Shown here piece by piece: positions 25,850 to 32,177 of a DNA stretch of 32,177 bases. Within the stretch, counting starts at the first letter, position 1; the number at the start of each line of letters is the position of its first letter. Source of the DNA: Promethearchaeati archaeon (GTDB lineage Archaea; Asgardarchaeota; Heimdallarchaeia; JABLTI01); the NCBI GenBank assembly GCA_013166835.1, contig JABLTI010000020.1:1-32177 (forward strand), written 5' to 3'. The notes under the pieces are model-generated. The model made no database searches. It was not told where the DNA came from and saw nothing but the letters and a program-made list of their open reading frames with translations. The translations under genes and the position numbers were made by a program.

Positions 25850-26581
25850 ATGAGTAAAATTTCTGGAATATTACTTGATTTTGACGGTGTTTTATCCTCT
25901 ATTGTCGTGAGATTAGGGTGGCCGTTCTATCATGCATTAAAGAAAGTGAAACCGAATGCAAGAAAAATGGAAATTTTGTACTCTCTTAATGAAATAATGA
26001 ATATGTACTTGAAAGAAGAAAATCGAAATCTATTTTATGTTCCAAAAATGGTAATAAAAATAAGTAGAAATCTTCAACTAAATTATTTTCAAATGTTTAG
26101 ATTTATAGTCTATCTTCTTGTTTTAATAAAGAAAAATAATAATAATATTGCTCCTGAGGATCGAGCAGATGATGTTTTGAAATTTGTTACTAATAATTAC
26201 AAAACAGCTATTGTAACTCATGCTGAAAGAGAGGTTATTCATTCAGCATTTAAGAAATTCAAGTATCTGAAGGATATTGATGTAATAATCACACAACAAG
26301 ATATGAAATACACGAAACCACATCCTGAAGGATTAAATAAAGCAATGAAATCCTTGGGATTAAAACCAGATGAAACTATTTTTGTTGGAGATTTACCACA
26401 TGATATACAAGCAGGAAAAAGAGCAGGAACTTTGACTTGTGCGGTCGTTAATTTCGAAGGAGCTGAGCAAGGTAAAAGAGATGTTCTGAAACGCTTTAAA
26501 CCGGATTTCATAATTAATCATGTAAGAGATTTACCAAAGCTTCTTAGAAAGTTGGAAAAAAAATCTCTGCTTGGTTATTAG
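25850..26581 (+). CDS. HAD-superfamily hydrolase (class IA)
   Basis: DFDGVL, IVT, KPHPEG and FVGDLPHDIQAG motifs. Confidence 0.92.
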   Translation: MSKISGILLDFDGVLSSIVVRLGWPFYHALKKVKPNARKMEILYSLNEIMNMYLKEENRNLFYVPKMVIKISRNLQLNYFQMFRFIVYLLVLIKKNNNNIAPEDRADDVLKFVTNNYKTAIVTHAEREVIHSAFKKFKYLKDIDVIITQQDMKYTKPHPEGLNKAMKSLGLKPDETIFVGDLPHDIQAGKRAGTLTCAVVNFEGAEQGKRDVLKRFKPDFIINHVRDLPKLLRKLEKKSLLGY

Positions 26582-28497
26582 CTGGAATCATCTGAAATGA
26601 GTTTTGGTATATCAATAATTATAATCGAGCCTTTTGTTTTATCTTTTTCATCTCGATCTTTAACTGAGATATAACCTTTGAAACTCTCAATTATAGCTTT
26701 AACAAGAGTGAGTCCAAACCCAGAACCATGGATAGTGCCTTTACTTCTTGCATATCTATCGAAAAGGAATTTTTTCATTTCCTCTCCAATTCCTGGACCT
26801 TGATCCATGAATTCAATTCGCCAATATCCATCAAAATCATCAGATGTAGATATATTGATTTCAATTATAATCTCATCACTTCGATCATACATGACAGCAT
26901 TATCTAAAATATTGAAAAATGCGTCTTTTAACAATTCATTTCCTAAAGTGAAATATTTCTTTGTTTTCAAATTATGATTTATAGTTATCACTCGTGGTTC
27001 GAATTTATCCAAAAGTGCTTCTTTTGCTTTTTCTAAAGCAATATTAATATCATAAGGAGTGTAATCATATCCTTTCCTTTTGATTTTGAAAAATTTGTCC
27101 ATATTTGCTATTAACTCACCAATACGCAAAATTTCAATTCGACTTTTTCTTTGTTTAATGATTGAATCTGTAGGATTTGATTCAACTTTTAGCAATGACA
27201 AATCTATTTGCGACAATGCATCTTGGCAGAGATTCAAAACATCATGAAATAATAAATCACTGTAAAATTCTAGTTCACCTTTTTCTTCTCGAAGAGAATT
27301 TACTAATTGTCTCAAGTCACTTACAGGATCTAAAACCAAAATGAAGCCAGCTTTTTCTTCAAAAGAGATTGGAGAAATTTGCACTCTGAAAGGTAAAGGC
27401 ATTCGATCTTTTCTTATGCAAGTTATTTCTCCTACATAATTTTTCCTAGTAATGTAAATCTTATTCATTTCACTAAGAAGCTCTTTAGCTGCATCCTTAG
27501 TTTGGAATAATAAGCTAATATCTTCTCCTGTTAACGTTTCCACAGAATATTGGAGAATTCTTTCAACGGCATTATTTATCCAAGTTATCTTCTGATTGAC
27601 TACATTCATTATTATTGATTCACTATTATTCATAATTGATTTGAAGAAATCAATAGCATTTACAGATGTTTCAGAGCTTTCAGGTACATGTTGTCTAAAA
27701 AATAAAAGAATTCCTTTTGATAAATCATTTCTATCAATAGCATTTCCATGTATTCTCACAGATATTTCTACATCATTTTTTGATTTTAGAATACCCTGAT
27801 AAAATAGCTCGCCCTTACTCTTCAAATCTCTATTACATGCAAGCAGAAATTTAGCATAGTCATCTTGATTTCTAAATAAAAATTCTAAGGAGTGATTTTT
27901 CACTTCATTGTGTTTATAATCGAAAAACTTTTGCCAATTCTGAGAAGTCCAATAAATCTGATTGTTTTTCATGAATACTACTGGTGTTTTGATTACATTT
28001 ATCATGATTTCAAAATCGCGATCTTCCGAGATAGCTTTGATTGGCATGAGTTCCTCTGTGATATCAAATTCAACTAATAAATAACCAATATGTTTCTTAG
28101 ATTCTGACTCTAGAAACTTTTGAGAGATACCTCGTATCCAACGCATTTCCCCAGAGGGCTTAAAAATACGATACATAATAGGAATAGAATAACCATCATG
28201 TTTAAACTTAGAGAAATTTTCTTTAACTAAGATACGGTCATCAGGATGAATATAGCCGTAGGTTGTTAGGAGCTGAAAATCTTCAAAAGAATAACCTATG
28301 ACCTTCTCTGAATTTTGAGTAGTATAAAGTAATTCATCGTTTAAATCAATAAGAGAAATTCTGATGTTAATTAGATCTTCAAACATACTTGCCCACATTA
28401 CAACATCATGTTCATCTAGAATGTCTGTATATTTGGTGATCTTCTTTGATTTGGAAGAAATCTTCTCTCCAGCTGGTTCTTCTCTGTTAATACGCAT
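26578..28497 (-). CDS. Cytoplasmic multi-PAS sensor histidine kinase
   Basis: PAS/PAC motifs (IHPDDR, GEMRWI; about three PAS domains), H-box FHDVLN, N-box NILDNA, G1 DQGPG and G2 GSGFGL. No TM segment. Confidence 0.93.
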   Translation of the reverse strand: MRINREEPAGEKISSKSKKITKYTDILDEHDVVMWASMFEDLINIRISLIDLNDELLYTTQNSEKVIGYSFEDFQLLTTYGYIHPDDRILVKENFSKFKHDGYSIPIMYRIFKPSGEMRWIRGISQKFLESESKKHIGYLLVEFDITEELMPIKAISEDRDFEIMINVIKTPVVFMKNNQIYWTSQNWQKFFDYKHNEVKNHSLEFLFRNQDDYAKFLLACNRDLKSKGELFYQGILKSKNDVEISVRIHGNAIDRNDLSKGILLFFRQHVPESSETSVNAIDFFKSIMNNSESIIMNVVNQKITWINNAVERILQYSVETLTGEDISLLFQTKDAAKELLSEMNKIYITRKNYVGEITCIRKDRMPLPFRVQISPISFEEKAGFILVLDPVSDLRQLVNSLREEKGELEFYSDLLFHDVLNLCQDALSQIDLSLLKVESNPTDSIIKQRKSRIEILRIGELIANMDKFFKIKRKGYDYTPYDINIALEKAKEALLDKFEPRVITINHNLKTKKYFTLGNELLKDAFFNILDNAVMYDRSDEIIIEINISTSDDFDGYWRIEFMDQGPGIGEEMKKFLFDRYARSKGTIHGSGFGLTLVKAIIESFKGYISVKDRDEKDKTKGSIIIIDIPKLISDDSS

Positions 28498-28675
28498 CAG
28501 AAGTACAAATCCGTAAACTACTTTGTATTTACAATTAATATATTTAATTATAATGACTCACAAAAATCTTGAAATTAAATAAATCAAGTATTCAGCTATA
28601 TTAAAAAAGAATGACTATGTATAACTATAAAGGTTGTACGGTTAATTTATTGTTTGGAAAAAAACCGAAACCGGA

Positions 28676-29857
28676 GTGTCGACGATGGGTACCAATAAGG
28701 AGATTCTATTTGTAGACGGTATTTCTAAGATTTTCGGTAAAGCAGGCGCTGCTCAAAGTGTTGTTGCTTTAGATAACATTTCTTTCTCACTAACTCCTGG
28801 TGCGAATTCCATTCTTGGTCCAAATGGAGCAGGAAAAAGTACTCTGATTAAGATTTTACTTGGTTTTCTTAAAACAGATAATGGAACAGCACAAGTACTT
28901 GGTTATGATATATTTAAAGAAGGAAAAAAAATAAGAGAAATTGTTGGCTACATGCCAGAAACCCACACTTTGATACCAGGTGTAAATGCAATCAAACAAG
29001 TTTCTCTTTTAGGAAGGATTGCAGGTCTACCTAAAGCCGAAGCTATGCAGAGAGCCCATGAGACTTTACAGTATGTTGGTCTTGATGAAGCTCGGTATAG
29101 AAAAGTTGATGAATTTTCGACTGGGATGCTTCAAAGATTGAAGCTGGCTCAATCAATTGTAAATGATCCAGAATTAGTGATTCTTGATGAACCTACAAAT
29201 GGTTTAGATCCAAAGGGGAGATTAGATATGATTGCTTTAATTCGTGAAATCAGTAACGAACACGCAATCAATATTATTGTCTCTTCTCATCTTCTCCCTG
29301 ATGTTGAAGCAACTTGTGATTACGCAACTATACTTAATCTTGGGAAAGTAGTTGCTCAAGGGGGAATTACAGAGCTTACTGGACAAGAAGCGATAAGTCA
29401 AGAACAGAGAATAATGAATGTCCGAATTAAAGGTGATATGAATGATTTTCTTGTCGGATTAAAAGACAATGGGTTAGCATTTCAAGTTGTTGAAAAAATA
29501 ATCCAGATTCCTTTCCTTAAAGATGACATTTCCCTAAAGATTTTAGAAATAGCTTACAAAACAAAAGTGCAAATAAGATCTATGACCCCTAGAAAAGCTA
29601 TATTAGAAGATGTCTTTGTCCATAAAATTGAAGATGTTCAAGTAATAAAAGAAGAAAGCAAAATTCTGAATACAGAAAGTGAAATGAAAATCACTTCTTC
29701 CGAACTAGAAAATCTAATTCCTTTTGTAAATCCTGAAGAAGAACAGAGACCTCTGGTGAAAATTGAAGACAAATACGTTCGGAAAAAGGATTTTGATGAA
29801 GCTGTGAAGAAATTACAAAAGAAAATTAAGAAAAATCGTGGAGAAGAAGAAAAATGA
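28676..29857 (+). CDS. ABC transporter ATP-binding protein
   Basis: GPNGAGKST, FSTGM signature, ILDEPTNGLDP and SSH. Confidence 0.95.
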   Translation: MSTMGTNKEILFVDGISKIFGKAGAAQSVVALDNISFSLTPGANSILGPNGAGKSTLIKILLGFLKTDNGTAQVLGYDIFKEGKKIREIVGYMPETHTLIPGVNAIKQVSLLGRIAGLPKAEAMQRAHETLQYVGLDEARYRKVDEFSTGMLQRLKLAQSIVNDPELVILDEPTNGLDPKGRLDMIALIREISNEHAINIIVSSHLLPDVEATCDYATILNLGKVVAQGGITELTGQEAISQEQRIMNVRIKGDMNDFLVGLKDNGLAFQVVEKIIQIPFLKDDISLKILEIAYKTKVQIRSMTPRKAILEDVFVHKIEDVQVIKEESKILNTESEMKITSSELENLIPFVNPEEEQRPLVKIEDKYVRKKDFDEAVKKLQKKIKKNRGEEEK

Positions 29858-30765
29858 GTGTCTTTGATCGTAGTTACAGAAGGTATAGCGGAGAGCTAAA
29901 AGGAAGATGGGCGAGAATTTGGGCCATTGCAACAACCACTTTTCGTGTTCAATTCTCTGGTAAAAAAATCATCTTCTTACTTATTCTATGCAATTTACCT
30001 GTGATATCATTCACATTAATGATTACATTTATGGCAATATTTTCCCCGGCAATGGTCACATCGTTTATTTTAGATATTTTTGGAACTGTAGATGTTGCTA
30101 TGTATACGGTTATTAATTTCACATTTAATCCAGGACTAATCTTCTTACCGATAGTTTTTGTTTGTGCGTTAAATGCTGGAACTATTGCTAATGATAAGAA
30201 ACACAATAGTTTAGCACTTTATATGGCAAAACCAATTGATAGAATTGATTATATCATAGGAAAAGCATTATCGATTTATATGGTATCATCGTTTGTTACA
30301 TTAATACCATGGATAGTCTTTTTGATTGCATTCACACTACTAATGGGAATTAGCGGATCACAATTCATAGATACTCTCTGGGTCTACCTATCAACAGCTG
30401 CTTCATCATTATTAGTAATCCTCTTTCTTGGTTCGATAGTTCTAATGTTTTCTGCAATGAGTAATCAAAGTGTACTAGCAGGAATCCTATCAATATTGGT
30501 TTTGTTTTTACCATCACTTATTACAGGTGTAATTGCAAGTGTGCCTGAACTAAGTGTTGATTGGCTCAACTATTTCTCAATTTCAGCTTTGCTGACGTCC
30601 TCAATTCATGTAATCTTCGGATTGCCGGAATTTGATGCATCATTCTTTGGAGAATTCTTTACAAGTAGTATTCGGGGAAGCATAGCAATAATAGTTGTTC
30701 TCGGGATAATAATAGTGACTATTCTCTTAACCATCAATCAACTCTACAGGGAGGAAATCCATTAA
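29854..30765 (+). CDS. ABC-2 type permease
   Basis: About six TMs and IANDKKHNSLALYMAKPIDRIDYIIGK. ATGA overlap with the upstream gene. Confidence 0.9.
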   Translation: MSVFDRSYRRYSGELKGRWARIWAIATTTFRVQFSGKKIIFLLILCNLPVISFTLMITFMAIFSPAMVTSFILDIFGTVDVAMYTVINFTFNPGLIFLPIVFVCALNAGTIANDKKHNSLALYMAKPIDRIDYIIGKALSIYMVSSFVTLIPWIVFLIAFTLLMGISGSQFIDTLWVYLSTAASSLLVILFLGSIVLMFSAMSNQSVLAGILSILVLFLPSLITGVIASVPELSVDWLNYFSISALLTSSIHVIFGLPEFDASFFGEFFTSSIRGSIAIIVVLGIIIVTILLTINQLYREEIH

Positions 30766-31703
30766 TGAAAAGTTACTTCATAGAAACTTATGATCTGAAC
30801 AAATGGTACAAAGAAGTAATGGCTTTGAATAAAATATCTGTAAAAATCGACAGAGGAATAGTTGGACTTCTTGGACCGAATGGTGCTGGAAAATCAACTT
30901 TTCTGAACATCGCTACAGCTCAACTTAGACAAAGCTCAGGGGAAATCTTTGTTGAGGGACATGAAGTTTGGAATAATTCCGAAATTTTGAAGAAAATTGG
31001 TTTTTGCCCAGAACAAGAAAAGCTTTTGGAATGGATGACTGGTCGCAAATTCGTTAGGGAATTGGCAAGATTAAGTGGGATTCCAAGAGAACAAGCTGAG
31101 AAAGCAGCTAGAGATGCTATTGAAATTGTAGGATTAACAGGAAGTATGGATCGTGCAATTAAGGGTTACTCAAAAGGTATGAGACAAAGGATTAAAATTG
31201 CTCAAGCAATTGTTCATGATCCTGATATATTATTTTTAGATGAACCTTTACAATCAACAGATCCAATTGTAAGAAGAGATTTGGTGAAGCTAATTCAAGC
31301 ATTAAGTAGGGATCATGGAAAGGATATCTTAATCTCGAGCCATATTCTACATGAAGTTGAGAGAGTAACCTCGAATATCCTTTTAATTTTCGCAGGTAGA
31401 GCAATAGCACAAGGAGATATTAGTAATATCAGGGATTTGATGGATAAATATCCCCACACAATTCGCATTCGTACAAAAGATAGGAAAAAACTGGCAACTT
31501 TATTGTTAGATTATGATTTTGTTCAGAACATCGAAATGGATGTTCTAAATGATGATTATATCGATATCCGGACAGCAGATCCAGATAAATTCTATTGCTT
31601 AATACCAGAAATCGCCATTGAATCGAAACTTGAAATTTATGAGATGACCAGTCCAGATGCAGGATTGGAAGCAGTCTTTGAATATCTTACAAGAGGTTGG
31701 TAG
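30765..31703 (+). CDS. ABC transporter ATP-binding protein
   Basis: GPNGAGKST, YSKGMRQR, FLDEP and SSH. TAATG stop/start overlap. Confidence 0.95.
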   Translation: MKSYFIETYDLNKWYKEVMALNKISVKIDRGIVGLLGPNGAGKSTFLNIATAQLRQSSGEIFVEGHEVWNNSEILKKIGFCPEQEKLLEWMTGRKFVRELARLSGIPREQAEKAARDAIEIVGLTGSMDRAIKGYSKGMRQRIKIAQAIVHDPDILFLDEPLQSTDPIVRRDLVKLIQALSRDHGKDILISSHILHEVERVTSNILLIFAGRAIAQGDISNIRDLMDKYPHTIRIRTKDRKKLATLLLDYDFVQNIEMDVLNDDYIDIRTADPDKFYCLIPEIAIESKLEIYEMTSPDAGLEAVFEYLTRGW

Positions 31704-31714
31704 GAGGAAACAAA

Positions 31715-32177
31715 ATGGAAGAAATTTATACTGATTTAACCCAATATGAGAAAAAACACAAGTGGTCAAATAGATTTGGTTCATTGTATAAATTATACAT
31801 GAGTAAGCTTTGGTCAACCTTAATTCGAGACAAGAAAACTTGGATTTTTAATATGCTTGTACTTTCACCAATTATTGCAGGACCCATAATTGCTTTAGCA
31901 GCGCAATATATTGATGCTGATGATTATTTCAAACTATATTCAGATATCATGTTCATGGGGTATTTTGGGATAATTATTCCTTTGTTTACTATGTATATAG
32001 CTTCGATGATGTTTAATGATGAGATAGGTGATAAATCTATAACTTACTTGACTTCAAGACCAATAAATAGATTCGAACTTGTAATTGTGAAATATATTAG
32101 TTACTTGTCTATAGTCCCAATCTTTACTGTTATTGCTACGGGTCTGAATTACTTATCATTTAGTATATTCGGAGGAT
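31715..32177 (+). CDS. ABC-2 type permease (partial)
   Basis: Not in the ORF track. GGAGG RBS, ATG 31715, open to the window end, with TMs and FNDEIGDKSITYLTSRPINRFELVIVKY. Confidence 0.88.
   Translation, partial: MEEIYTDLTQYEKKHKWSNRFGSLYKLYMSKLWSTLIRDKKTWIFNMLVLSPIIAGPIIALAAQYIDADDYFKLYSDIMFMGYFGIIIPLFTMYIASMMFNDEIGDKSITYLTSRPINRFELVIVKYISYLSIVPIFTVIATGLNYLSFSIFGG

Noticed and set aside
3684-31817. Many 60-115 aa ORFs overlapping longer genes (e.g. 3684..3884, 9183..9907, 16235..17608, 24363..25581, 29949..30206, 31599..31817)
   Set aside because: They are antisense or alternate-frame shadows of well-supported genes and carry no recognisable motifs.
1-32177. CRISPR arrays, tRNA/rRNA genes, transposases, integrases or phage genes
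   Set aside because: No spaced direct repeats, GC-rich structured RNA segments or mobile-element motifs were seen. The intergenic regions are short and AT-rich.

Overview
AT-rich, gene-dense archaeal DNA. It is most likely from an Asgard archaeon, inferred from several small GTPases, longin/roadblock-like and gelsolin-like domains, archaeal TATA/BRE-like promoters and AGGTGA/GGAG ribosome-binding sites. No rRNA, tRNA, CRISPR array or mobile element was seen. Three loci stand out. (1) A four-gene GTPase cluster (19644-23351): an Arf/Sar1-like GTPase-longin fusion, a degenerate paralogue of it, a longin(NPRL2/uDENN-like)-gelsolin-like fusion and a Rab-like GTPase. (2) An internally duplicated archaeosortase/exosortase with one intact Cys-Arg-His domain and one apparently dead domain, upstream of a split DUF1616-like gene set and downstream of a wHTH regulator (14368-18139). 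(3) A PAPS supply plus sulfation locus: sat, cysC and two Stf3-like sulfotransferases (4335-8556). The rest encodes secreted beta-propeller proteins, helical-repeat proteins, an S9 peptidase, a GalT-family enzyme, a hydrogenase maturation protease, a CPBP protease, a HAD hydrolase, a PAS histidine kinase and an ABC-2 exporter. All domain calls come from reading motifs by eye; no database search was run.
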